Assembly (NCBI GenBank): GCA_018992685.1
Contig: JACVGT010000014.1
Coordinates: 67,349 to 131,348 of the forward strand
Source of the DNA: Theionarchaea archaeon
Lineage (GTDB): Archaea > Methanobacteriota_B > Thermococci > Methanofastidiosales > SZ-28-30
Reading direction: 5' to 3'
DNA length: 64,000 nucleotides
Below are positions 9,983-19,346 of this stretch, piece after piece. Position 1 is the stretch's first letter, and each line of letters begins with the position of its first letter. The notes below the pieces were generated by a model. That model was given only the letters and a program-made list of their open reading frames with translations, did not search any database and was not told the DNA's origin. Position numbers and translations under genes: made by a program.

Positions 9983-10366
9983 TCAAACAAGCTTTGATAT
10001 CTCTTCAGCAGTTCTCTTCATATCTAGAAATACTAGTCCAAGTTTGGCATCTCTTCTTGCCAGAGCAGTCAGCACAGCATTTTCTCCTGAAGCCATTAGA
10101 ACCACATAACCATTTTCACCCTTTACATACACTTCGGAGAGACCACCACGAGCCAACTCGCTAGCTGTTCTCTCTCCTAACGATAGCATCGCAGCTGACA
10201 TGGCAGCTACTCTATCTTCTTCTACATCTCTCGGTAGCTCGGATGCAATCATTAGTCCGTCCACAGAAACCACAGCAGAAGCCTCAATATCGGGAGTAGT
10301 TGCTTCCAGATCTTTCAAAAGAGTTGACAACTCTTCAACTCTTGATTTCTTGGCTATTTGACTCAC
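9983..10366 (-). CDS. Roadblock/LC7 (MglB-like) protein
   Basis: ASAVVSVDGLMIAS, DRVAAMSAAMLSLGER, KLGLVFLDM. Confidence 0.93.
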   Translation of the reverse strand: MSQIAKKSRVEELSTLLKDLEATTPDIEASAVVSVDGLMIASELPRDVEEDRVAAMSAAMLSLGERTASELARGGLSEVYVKGENGYVVLMASGENAVLTALARRDAKLGLVFLDMKRTAEEISKLV

Positions 10367-10656
10367 CTCATTTCATTTTATTCTCTATGTGGGTGTTTCT
10401 CTTCTCTCCTTTTCCTTTTTATCCGCTACGTTTTGGAGCATATAAATCTTACGGAAAATTGGAACCCCACATCATCCCACGGGACCATTAGAAGATGAAG
10501 AATGAAGAGATTTTAATTGGAAGTGGTTCTGATTCTGAGGGAATGCTGTCAGTCTTCTCGTCCAGAAGTGAAATCAACCTACAATGTAATGTTGCTTAAA
10601 AATAAAGAGTAGGTAACCTACAAAAAAGACTGTTGTCACCAAATCGTGCTTTCTAG

Positions 10657-10956
10657 CTACAGTTCCCTTTTTCGGATCAAAGAGTTCCCCACAGTAAGTG
10701 TATCCGTGTCCTTAATACCCGTGACAGTGGCTATTTTCCCTCCAATTAACCTCATTCCCCTTTCCAGACTCTCTTGGAGGAAATGTCGCTCAATATCCAG
10801 GACCAGAAGAATGTCATGCCTCCCAAATATACTGTGCACTTCTGTCGTTTCTGGGAATTTCTTCAGCTTCTCCACTACCTCTTCGTGCTTTCCACCCTCT
10901 GTATCTACAAGCACAAAAAACCGCTGGGTTTTCTTGGGTTCAATGTATTCACTCAT
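10657..10956 (-). CDS. Stand-alone Lrp/AsnC ligand-binding (RAM) domain protein
   Basis: FVLVDTEGG...EVHSIFGRHDILL...GIKDTDT; no HTH. Confidence 0.8.
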   Translation of the reverse strand: MSEYIEPKKTQRFFVLVDTEGGKHEEVVEKLKKFPETTEVHSIFGRHDILLVLDIERHFLQESLERGMRLIGGKIATVTGIKDTDTLTVGNSLIRKREL

Positions 10957-11220
10957 GGTAGTTTCTAACCAGGAGATTTTATAAGCATTTCCTTACTTCA
11001 GTCGTTCCTACACATTTATCCTCTTGAACCCCACATCGTGATTAAAATCTCTTCATGGCTGTCAACTTTTGAAGATCCCTCGATACAATTCGATTTACGG
11101 TGGATAATTTATGACAAATTGAGAGGTTCATCATGGGTTCCTCCAGCACAGAGAGAGGAGAAAAGGAAATGTTATATACCCTGTATGAAATGAAAAGCAT
11201 GAACCCGAGGAGGAACCCTC

Positions 11221-11976
11221 ATGAATATGGTTGAAACGGAATATCATGGTGATGTAGCTCTCATAAGGCTGGCCAGAGACACCACCAATGCCCTGAATAC
11301 CCCGTTTATTATTGAACTATCTCAGATGCTGGATATGGCGAGAAAAGATCCAGATGTGCACAGCATTGTCATTTCAAGCTCTAATAACAAGTTTTTCTGT
11401 ATCGGATATGATCTCAAGGAGTTGCATTCCGTTTCCCGCCAGGAGTTCACAGAATTCTATCACGCATTCAATCGTCTCTGCATTGAACTCCTGACTACAC
11501 CAAAACCAACCATTGCAGCAATTACCGGACATGCCATAGCCGGGGGATGTGCTCTCACACTGTGCTGTGACTACCGGTATATTGCTGAAGGCCATAAGTT
11601 GATGGGATTCAATGTATTAAGACTGGGTATCCCTGTTCCTTATCTTGTGGAGTGGCTCCTGCACCACATCGTTGGAGCACGAACTGCCAGGAATGTTGTA
11701 GACTCCGGCCAGTTTTTTACACCTGATCTCTTGTTAGAGATGGGTCTCGTGGACGCTGTTCTGCCGTTGGAGACTCTTATCCCTCGATCTCTGGAGAGAG
11801 CTCAGGAACTGGGCAGTATGCCGCATAAAGCATTCGCTGTGACCAAACGCAACCGCAGTGAAGTGTTAGAGTACCAAATTCTGGTCAAGCTTGAGGAGAA
11901 AAACCAGGAATTCATAGATTGTTGGTTTTCAGAAGAGGCGCAGACTCTGTTGAAAGATGCAGTGAAGAAATTCTAA
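11221..11976 (+). CDS. Enoyl-CoA hydratase/isomerase family protein
   Basis: FCIGYDL, PKPTIAAITGHAIAGG, CDYR. Confidence 0.9.
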   Translation: MNMVETEYHGDVALIRLARDTTNALNTPFIIELSQMLDMARKDPDVHSIVISSSNNKFFCIGYDLKELHSVSRQEFTEFYHAFNRLCIELLTTPKPTIAAITGHAIAGGCALTLCCDYRYIAEGHKLMGFNVLRLGIPVPYLVEWLLHHIVGARTARNVVDSGQFFTPDLLLEMGLVDAVLPLETLIPRSLERAQELGSMPHKAFAVTKRNRSEVLEYQILVKLEEKNQEFIDCWFSEEAQTLLKDAVKKF

Positions 11977-12024
11977 GAATATGTTTACTGAAAAGCTTAT
12001 ATCCTTCAGTGTCTAGCTTTTTGC

Positions 12025-12921
12025 ATGACATACATCATCAACAGTTACCAGGAAGCTTTCGTTGAAGATCAAGAACGAGTGGGAAAGGAAGTCACCAAAA
12101 ACTGGAAGTCCTTTGAACAGTCCAGTGTTGATCAGCTGCGACAAGTGTATTCAGCACCTGATTTTGATCCTGAGACCAGATTTTACTGTTTTAGAGATAA
12201 TGAATTAGTGGGATTTTTGACCTCCAACATAATAAAAGACGTAACACCCAGGAAGGCCAACCTGGAATTCCCCCTGGTCTTGCCTGCGCATGAAGAGGCT
12301 GAATCTCTCTTATTTGAGAAAGCGCTGGATGTACTCAGGGGAAAAGGTGTTAAAGTGGTGAGAACCCGGGTGAGTAAAGCCTGGGGAAAGACATATGACA
12401 TGGCACAAAGGTGGGGATATACATTTGTGGAGGAGCAGGGAGTAACATACAGTGCAGACCTGACTGGAGTGTCAATACCGGAGAGCACTGGATTGGACAG
12501 AGTTGAAGAGTATGATTATCAGAGAGACTGTCAGCAGATGGTTGACATCTTCGTGAAACACTACGGCATGACCCCAGAGCAGGCACAGGCGAATTTTGAC
12601 GCACTGGCCGATGCTGCAGATCAAGTTATTTCTCATGTGGTAATTCGGAAGAATGGGCAAATTACAGGCCGAGCCCTGGCACTCCGTTACAGGAATGATC
12701 CTACCCGTGGACATACAGGGGCTTTTTTTGTTACTGATGAAAAGCAGCGCCTTCCGCTTGTGGCCCGAATAGTGAAGGACTGTATGGCAAAGAGGGTTAC
12801 CACTCTTGAGGCTGCCCTTTTTGGGGACATGCTCAAGGATAAGGACGTAATTTCCAGCATGTTTGAATCCCTGGGGTTTGTTCACCAGGCTACCATATCC
12901 TTCTATGAAAAAAGGATTTAG
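12025..12921 (+). CDS. Tandem GNAT-like hypothetical protein
   Basis: 298-aa ORF with upstream TATA; two GNAT-like halves ending RWGY and ESLGF. Confidence 0.6.
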   Translation: MTYIINSYQEAFVEDQERVGKEVTKNWKSFEQSSVDQLRQVYSAPDFDPETRFYCFRDNELVGFLTSNIIKDVTPRKANLEFPLVLPAHEEAESLLFEKALDVLRGKGVKVVRTRVSKAWGKTYDMAQRWGYTFVEEQGVTYSADLTGVSIPESTGLDRVEEYDYQRDCQQMVDIFVKHYGMTPEQAQANFDALADAADQVISHVVIRKNGQITGRALALRYRNDPTRGHTGAFFVTDEKQRLPLVARIVKDCMAKRVTTLEAALFGDMLKDKDVISSMFESLGFVHQATISFYEKRI

Positions 12922-12988
12922 ATTCACGGTGGTCTCCAGGAATTCTGTGATGATGACACGGTGTTCCAGAGAGGAATGACATGGATGA

Positions 12989-13228
12989 TTTCAAACGCTG
13001 TATCTTGCGAGGCAACTCCTTCACCTCGCCACAAGGGCAGAGGTAGCTGCAGTCATTCTCAATGACGGTTTCATTGTTGGCACTTGGCAGATGAAAAAAG
13101 AGGGGGACTCGTATTTGTTTCATGCAGAGCCCTTAACAGGCTTTGAAGAGTATGAGACGGCCTCGATTGAAAAAAGGATAGATGAGATTGCCCATTTTCT
13201 GGGAACTGATGATTACGAGATTCGCTAG
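12989..13228 (+). pseudogene. Remnant of an AlkZ/YcaQ-like (HTH_42) winged-helix glycosylase gene
   Basis: Start-less open frame FQTLYLARQLLHLATRAEVAAVILNDGFIVGTWQMKK...IAHFLG; VILNDGFIVGTW resembles the family C-terminal motif. Confidence 0.45.
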
Positions 13229-13300
13229 GTAAGACTTTGCTCTTCACTGCTGCCCTCTCCCTCTGAGAATCTCTTACAGTACTGGCGAGAAGTGAAATTT

Positions 13301-13387
13301 CTAATTCTTCTTCTTGCCGGGGAAGAGGGCGAATTTTGAAGACATCCTTTCTTCCCATTCTTTCAATTTGGTGCTCCACGTTTCCAT
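13301..13387 (-). CDS. Putative 28-aa microprotein METWSTKLKEWEERMSSKFALFPGKKKN
   Basis: GAGGTGA RBS 5 nt before ATG; below the ORF-track cutoff. Confidence 0.4.
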   Translation of the reverse strand: METWSTKLKEWEERMSSKFALFPGKKKN

Positions 13388-13439
13388 TTTCGTCACCTCG
13401 ATTCGGTTTTTCAGAGCTCATTGAGTAATATCCTGAGAC

Positions 13440-13476
13440 CAGGTTCAATACTCAATCAGGTTCAAAACTCAACCAG
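13440..13476. repeat. 17-bp tandem duplication CAGGTTCAA(T/A)ACTCAA(T/C)
   Basis: caggttcaatactcaat caggttcaaaactcaac cag read directly. Confidence 0.7.
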
Positions 13477-13957
13477 AAATTGATCGATCTCAGATAGTGC
13501 TTCAGTAATATCAACCGACAGTATTTCTCTTTTCGTACCTTCTGTGTGAATTCTTGCCTCGACAGTCAGTTCAAAATCTCCTCAATATACTTCTGCATGT
13601 TCATTCTGAATCCTCAGAACAAATCACAGCCGAAGCATGGGGGTTGTGCCCTTCTTGCCTTTGCAGAATCTGACTATCTTTCAATCTCGATATGTGATTC
13701 TATTAGTTCCCTCCTTTATGAAGCTTTCTATAGGGGTCAAGAGATGTTGGGCTCAACGATGTCAGTCTCGAACGTGCCTTTTCTGGTTCTTTGAAAAGTC
13801 TCCGGGCAGAGTGGAGTGTTACCAGGGCATGCAGGTTTTTGATTTCCAACACTCCTGTAATCCCCTAGCGGGAAAAACACGGAGTCACCTTATAACAGAA
13901 TAGATACCTTCAGCAGGAAAGAAGACAAATGGCAGCCAAAATAAAAGAAAGAAAAAA

Positions 13958-14653
13958 TTACTTTCTATCAAGATACAGCACCGTATATGCCACGATTGCA
14001 TACATTCCTACAAAAACACTGAGCAAGCCACCAATCCAAGGGACAAGACCAACGACAAGGCCAAGTACAAGGAAGACTAACACAAGAATCAAGACTTCAA
14101 AGAAGTTTTCCTTGGCAATGCTGTAGCTCCTGCTGAATGCTGTTCCCAGATCAAGATCATCAACCACTATTCCCTGTTTCACAAAGATGAGCAAGATCAT
14201 GACGATCAACGCACCGATGCAGAAGACGAAAAATCCAAGAATTGTCAGCAAAGTCACGATTATGGAAGCAATCAGCAGGATGAGTATTTTTCCTGCTCCA
14301 ATTTCGTTCCACACTTCAGACAGCGACAGCTTCTTCCCTTGAGTAGCATTATACGCAATCCTGATAGCAAATGCGTCAATCACTACGCCAAATATCCAGC
14401 TGAGTATCCCAAAGACTGATATAAGTCCGAGGAATGACAATGCCGTGCCCAGGAAGTACTCTGGATCAACCTCGAATCCCCTGAATCCAGGCTGCATCAT
14501 CCCTTGCTGAAAGAACACTCCCACTGTAGTGAGGATACCGATCAATGATAGTATCACAGGTATCAGGTACAGCACGATGATGATCGGATTCTTTCCGATG
14601 ATGTCCAAAGCCTCAGAGAGTATTTCTCCTATTCCTTTCTTTTCATTTGTCAT
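13958..14653 (-). CDS. Multi-pass membrane protein, hypothetical
   Basis: Five to six hydrophobic segments; AFSRSYSIAKENF motif. Confidence 0.8.
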   Translation of the reverse strand: MTNEKKGIGEILSEALDIIGKNPIIIVLYLIPVILSLIGILTTVGVFFQQGMMQPGFRGFEVDPEYFLGTALSFLGLISVFGILSWIFGVVIDAFAIRIAYNATQGKKLSLSEVWNEIGAGKILILLIASIIVTLLTILGFFVFCIGALIVMILLIFVKQGIVVDDLDLGTAFSRSYSIAKENFFEVLILVLVFLVLGLVVGLVPWIGGLLSVFVGMYAIVAYTVLYLDRK

Positions 14654-14905
14654 GGTAACACCTGAAGATATAGGAGAATTCACACTTAAATAACTTTTCG
14701 CTTCCAGAGAGGGTGCTATGTAACTTTTTGGCTTCTGTCAGGATTTTACTTTGTGTTTTGGCAGGATATGAAATAGTTCCCATGATTTGCTGAAATAGAA
14801 CACGTGCGGCTTGAGGTGGTATTCACCAATGTGTAGATAGTACTGAATTAGCTGAAGAAGATGAGTCGTGTGAAAAGATACTTAAGGGACCTTGCCCCTC
14901 ACACA

Positions 14906-15697
14906 ATGATGAAGATTGCTGTGGCTGGAAAGGGTGGAGTAGGAAAGACCACCCTGACAGCACTACTCTCAACACTGTATAGAAATGAAGGACGCACAGT
15001 CCTGGCTATTGATGCAGATTCAAATCCCAATCTCGCTGACATTCTTGGTGTTTCAACCCATATTGTTCCCTTGACTGATCAGAAAGAGTTGGTAGAAGAA
15101 AGAACCCAGAGCACATTGGGAGGGTTTGGAGGCATTTTCAAGTTGAATCCTCGAGTCGACGATATTGCCTCCAAGTATGCAGTTGAGCATCAAGGAATTA
15201 AGGTGTTGGTTATGGGATCAGTGAAAGTGGCAGAAAGTGGGTGTGCGTGCCCCGCCAATGTACTGGTAAAGAATTTATTGAGTCACATACTCCTCACCGA
15301 AAAGGATGTGGTGATCTGTGACATGGAAGCAGGAGTTGAGCACCTGGGACGGGGAACTGCCAAGGCAGTCGATGCCATGGTGGTGGTGGTTGAGCCCGGG
15401 AGAAGAAGCGTGGAAACGGCCAATCGTATCTATCGCCTGGCAAGGGACCTGGGAATTCAGAACATTTTTGCTGTGGGAAATAAGGTGAGAAACCAAGAAG
15501 AAAAAGAATTTCTCGAGGATATGGTGGACATGGAGGTTCTGGGCACCATCATGTATGACGAGAGGATCATTGAATCGGATATGAGAGGGAGCCTACCACA
15601 ACATGACAACCTGGTTTCAGAGATTAGAGTCATAAAGGAGAATTTGGAAACGCAGGTAAAAAAGTCAGTTCCTACCAAGAATAGCAACGAATACTAA
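14906..15697 (+). CDS. cooC: CooC-type nickel-insertion ATPase
   Basis: GKGGVGKTT, IDADSNPNL, GCACP, DMEAGVEHLGRGTA. Confidence 0.92.
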   Translation: MMKIAVAGKGGVGKTTLTALLSTLYRNEGRTVLAIDADSNPNLADILGVSTHIVPLTDQKELVEERTQSTLGGFGGIFKLNPRVDDIASKYAVEHQGIKVLVMGSVKVAESGCACPANVLVKNLLSHILLTEKDVVICDMEAGVEHLGRGTAKAVDAMVVVVEPGRRSVETANRIYRLARDLGIQNIFAVGNKVRNQEEKEFLEDMVDMEVLGTIMYDERIIESDMRGSLPQHDNLVSEIRVIKENLETQVKKSVPTKNSNEY

Positions 15698-15725
15698 GTA
15701 AAAAGCGAAAAAAAGGAAAAAGTGA

Positions 15726-17084
15726 TTATTCGGGGGCTTCTGGAATGTATCCTTTTTCCATGAGCAGCCCGGTCTGGGCCCGGGATTTTCTGATAATTTC
15801 CATGGCCTCTTCCATCAGAGTCTGGCGAGACGCTTTTCTCCTGGCAATGCCCTGCTCAATGGCCTTGAGTCCTACAGCCACAGCTTCTCTGGGGAACACT
15901 TCCCACTCATCCATGGTGGGGACAATGTATTCCTCATGAATACCATTATCCTCAGCAGTCTTGGCCAGCTCAAGAGCAGCTGCAATGCACATCTCGTCTG
16001 TGATAGTTTTCGCCATGACGTCCAGCGTACCTCTGAAGATACCGGGGAATCCCAGTGAATTGTTAATCTGGTTGGCAAAATCCGATCTGCCAGTCGCCAC
16101 GATGTAGGCACCTCCCTCTTTGGCTTCCCACGGCCAGATTTCAGGAATAGGATTTGCGGTGGCAAATACAATGGACTTGTCTGCCATGCCTTTGACTTCT
16201 TCAGAAGTGATGGTGCCAGGACCCGGTTTTGAGGCGGCAAGACAGATATCAGCACCCTTCAAAGCATCCTTAATGGTTCCCGACCGCTGTTCCTTGTTGG
16301 AGTTGACAGCCATATCCCACTTTAAGGGGTTATTCTTTTTATCTGCTTCCAGGTCTTTTCTCTGAGCGTTGAGAATACCTTTCGAATCCACCATGATGAT
16401 ATTACCCTTGGTGGCTCCCGCAGCAATCAGTACTCTGGATATGGCAATATTGGCAGCACCTGCTCCGATCATAGTAATGGATGCTTCTTTTATCTTTTTC
16501 CCAACCAGCCTGAGGGCGTTGATGGCTCCTGCCACCACGATGGTAGCAGTACCCTGTTGGTCATCATGCCACACAGGGATATCCATCTCAGGATCAGATC
16601 GCAATGTATCCAGGATATAGAAGCACTTGGGTTTTTCAATATCTTCCAGGTTAATACCGCCGAAGGAAGGTTTCAGAAGCTTTACCGTCTTGATAATATC
16701 GTCAGGATCTCTGGTATCCAAGCAGATAGGGTATGCGTCCACACCACCCAGGTACTTGAAAAGCATAGCCTTTCCTTCCATAACAGGCATCCCCGCTTCG
16801 GGCCCGATATTTCCCAGGCCTAGTACACGGGTTCCATCTGTCACAACAGCTACAGCGTTCCACTTATTGGTGTATTTGAACACCAACTCTTTGTCCTTTG
16901 CGATCTCTTTGCAGGGAGCGGCAACCCCTGGCGTATACCAGATGGCAAAATCATCAAAGGAGCGGACACATGCTTTAGGGTTAACTTCGATTTTTCCCCT
17001 GTAAAAAGGATGAAGTTTCATTGCATCTTCATTCGGTTTCATAGCCTTTTTCAGGAGTTCTTCTTTAGTCATTTTTTCATTCAT
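15726..17084 (-). CDS. NAD(P)-dependent malic enzyme
   Basis: WYTPGVA, VMEGKA, INLEDI, HDDQQGTA, GAGAA, NQINNSLGFPG. Confidence 0.96.
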   Translation of the reverse strand: MNEKMTKEELLKKAMKPNEDAMKLHPFYRGKIEVNPKACVRSFDDFAIWYTPGVAAPCKEIAKDKELVFKYTNKWNAVAVVTDGTRVLGLGNIGPEAGMPVMEGKAMLFKYLGGVDAYPICLDTRDPDDIIKTVKLLKPSFGGINLEDIEKPKCFYILDTLRSDPEMDIPVWHDDQQGTATIVVAGAINALRLVGKKIKEASITMIGAGAANIAISRVLIAAGATKGNIIMVDSKGILNAQRKDLEADKKNNPLKWDMAVNSNKEQRSGTIKDALKGADICLAASKPGPGTITSEEVKGMADKSIVFATANPIPEIWPWEAKEGGAYIVATGRSDFANQINNSLGFPGIFRGTLDVMAKTITDEMCIAAALELAKTAEDNGIHEEYIVPTMDEWEVFPREAVAVGLKAIEQGIARRKASRQTLMEEAMEIIRKSRAQTGLLMEKGYIPEAPE

Positions 17085-17359
17085 GGGAATACCTCCCGTT
17101 GCAGATTTGTGTTGGATTTATAAAGGTTTTCTCTGTATTCCGCAAATGCGAAGTTTGGATGTTCTTTCAGTCTCTTTTCCAGTCAGAATCAGACTTCATT
17201 CCTATCACTCCTACATCCTTCTCTCGGACAATTCACAGAGAAGTTGCAGTCATGACCTCCAATGAGAGTTTCTCCCGATGTCTTTTCATTCCTAGACCCA
17301 GTTCCCGGCACGTCTCTTCCCGTTCTGTTCGGAAGACGTATCGTCTGTTTCAGATCTCT

Positions 17360-17728
17360 TTATGTCTTCCTTTCCAGATCAAATTCATAGTCTCTCTTTT
17401 CCAGATTTTGAAACTTGTATACCAGCTTGTGAGCACACAAACAAAAAGTGCAGTTCTTGCATTCGGGAGCAATGTATTCAAGGATAATCCTGTTGCCCAA
17501 GATCTGGCAGTCTCCGTCTGTGATCTCTTCGGCACAGTTAATGTTGACGTAGACTGTGACCATCAGTGTTTCACCATCTATCCACTGAACATCTTTCACA
17601 CCCATGTCTGTGTTATAGGGGTCAATGCTGCTGTCACAGGGGCCAGCAGAAAACTCTAAATGAGGAGACTGGCTGATGCATCCACAGAACAGGGCCACAA
17701 GCATGAACAGGTAATACTTCGGATTCAT
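17360..17728 (-). CDS. Putative Cys-rich lipoprotein
   Basis: Signal peptide with lipobox-like FCGC; NC...CTFCLC. Confidence 0.65.
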   Translation of the reverse strand: MNPKYYLFMLVALFCGCISQSPHLEFSAGPCDSSIDPYNTDMGVKDVQWIDGETLMVTVYVNINCAEEITDGDCQILGNRIILEYIAPECKNCTFCLCAHKLVYKFQNLEKRDYEFDLERKT

Positions 17729-17892
17729 GCTTTTCTACTCCGGTTTTTATACTTAAATCTATCGGGGGGATGCAGCTGACTTTTTATGTCACCAGGGTCT
17801 GGAGTAAAAGACTGCATGACATCCCTGAGCGCAGGCAATCTCTTGCTACATACTTTCAAAAAGTTTATATTGCAGCCGGGAACCTGATACCC

Positions 17893-18462
17893 ATGAATCG
17901 ACGACAATGGTATGAAGAACATACCCTGAGAATAGGCCGTACAATAGCTCGTACTGGGCTAACACCCAATCAGTTAACTCTTCTCTCTTTGGTTCCTGCA
18001 GTCGTGAGTGCATACTTCTTCGCCAGTAGAAGAGAACTTGTGGGCGGACTCTTCTTGGTAATCATGTTAGTGTTTGATGTTTTTGATGGATCTGTAGCCA
18101 GAGCTCAAAACAAAAAAACTGATTATGGATTCGTCCTGGATGCTACCATTGATCGCTACTGTGAGATCATCGTTCTTTTTGGGATTCTCCTTGGAGGGTT
18201 TGCTGAAGGATGGGTCGTCTTATTGTGCTTTTCTGGTATGATTATGGCGTCATATGTGAGAGCTCGCATTGAATCCAAAGGTATATCTGCCATGAGCATT
18301 GGGCTCATGGAACGTATGCAGAAAATGACGATACTGCTCATAGGGGTCGTGCTGTACGGGTTCTTTGACAAAAGTATCACTGTGGCACTGTTACTTACTG
18401 GAATTCTTTCACATGTTACTGCTGCGCAGAGGCTCGCTTACTGCAGGAGGGAATTCTCATGA
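17893..18462 (+). CDS. CDP-alcohol phosphatidyltransferase (archaetidylinositol-phosphate synthase-like)
   Basis: TPNQLT, DVFDGSVAR...GFVLDATIDR, SYVRAR, GLMER. Confidence 0.9.
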   Translation: MNRRQWYEEHTLRIGRTIARTGLTPNQLTLLSLVPAVVSAYFFASRRELVGGLFLVIMLVFDVFDGSVARAQNKKTDYGFVLDATIDRYCEIIVLFGILLGGFAEGWVVLLCFSGMIMASYVRARIESKGISAMSIGLMERMQKMTILLIGVVLYGFFDKSITVALLLTGILSHVTAAQRLAYCRREFS

Positions 18463-19346
18463 TGGTGGCTATTGGAAATCCCGTTTATGATCTCATCAAT
18501 ACACCTCTCACTCGAACCACGGAAAGAGTGTTATCTGGCTGTTCCACCAATGCATGCATTGTGTGCAGCCAACTCATGTATGACACGGCTCTGGTGGGCT
18601 GCGTGGGGGATGACTACAAGAAACAGACAGAAGAGATTCTCATGGGGTTCGGAGTGAACCCTTGGCTGTATCCCTCAAGAGAGACGGGTGGATTCTCCCT
18701 GCTCTACGATGATCAAGGGAACAGGGAGCTGGCCATTCTGGGACGGGCAGATCCCATCAAAGACGTTCCACAAGAGGTTCTCAATGCAGATGTTCTCCTG
18801 TTTGGACCAATCTTGCAAGAGATAGATCCTTCGCTGGTTGTTAGACTGTCTGAATCATCGCCCCTGCTCTTCTGTGACCCTCAGGGGTTTCTCAGAGGTA
18901 TCGAGAATGACCAGATTACCCACTTCTTTCCCGAATCCTTCAAAGAGATCCTTCCTCTGTTCGATGTCATCAAACCCAATGAACTGGAAGCATACATCAT
19001 GACAGGAAAAAACCCCTTAGAATATCCAGAACAGGTCATGGAATCACTGTATGAGTTTGGGACTGAAATCTGTATTGTTACCCTGGCAGGGAACGGATCT
19101 CTCATTTACGATGGCTCCGAGCTTCTGAAAATACTTCCCTATGCCACAGAAGCCAGAGACCCCACTGGAGCAGGGGATACCTACGCTGCAGGATTCATAG
19201 TGGAATACATGCGCACCAGAAACCTGTACAAATCCGGACTGTTTGCTTCCTGCACTGCGTCTATATGGGTAGAGAAAATTGGGCCATATGTAGAGATCAC
19301 AGAAGAAAAAGTGAGAAAAAGAGTAGAAATCCTAGAACAACGTTGA
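18459..19346 (+). CDS. PfkB/ribokinase-family kinase (possible myo-inositol kinase)
   Basis: DPQG, KPNELEA, DPTGAGDT; ATGA overlap with the upstream gene. Confidence 0.88.
   Translation: MMVAIGNPVYDLINTPLTRTTERVLSGCSTNACIVCSQLMYDTALVGCVGDDYKKQTEEILMGFGVNPWLYPSRETGGFSLLYDDQGNRELAILGRADPIKDVPQEVLNADVLLFGPILQEIDPSLVVRLSESSPLLFCDPQGFLRGIENDQITHFFPESFKEILPLFDVIKPNELEAYIMTGKNPLEYPEQVMESLYEFGTEICIVTLAGNGSLIYDGSELLKILPYATEARDPTGAGDTYAAGFIVEYMRTRNLYKSGLFASCTASIWVEKIGPYVEITEEKVRKRVEILEQR

Noticed and set aside
13071-13448. 125-aa minus-strand ORF
   Set aside because: No motif; it overlaps the better-supported 28-aa ORF and the plus-strand remnant
13460-13640. Minus-strand protein-like frame interrupted by TGA codons (possible selenocysteine readthrough)
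   Set aside because: TGAs are not in a redox-motif context and no SECIS-like hairpin was seen; decay or chance is more likely
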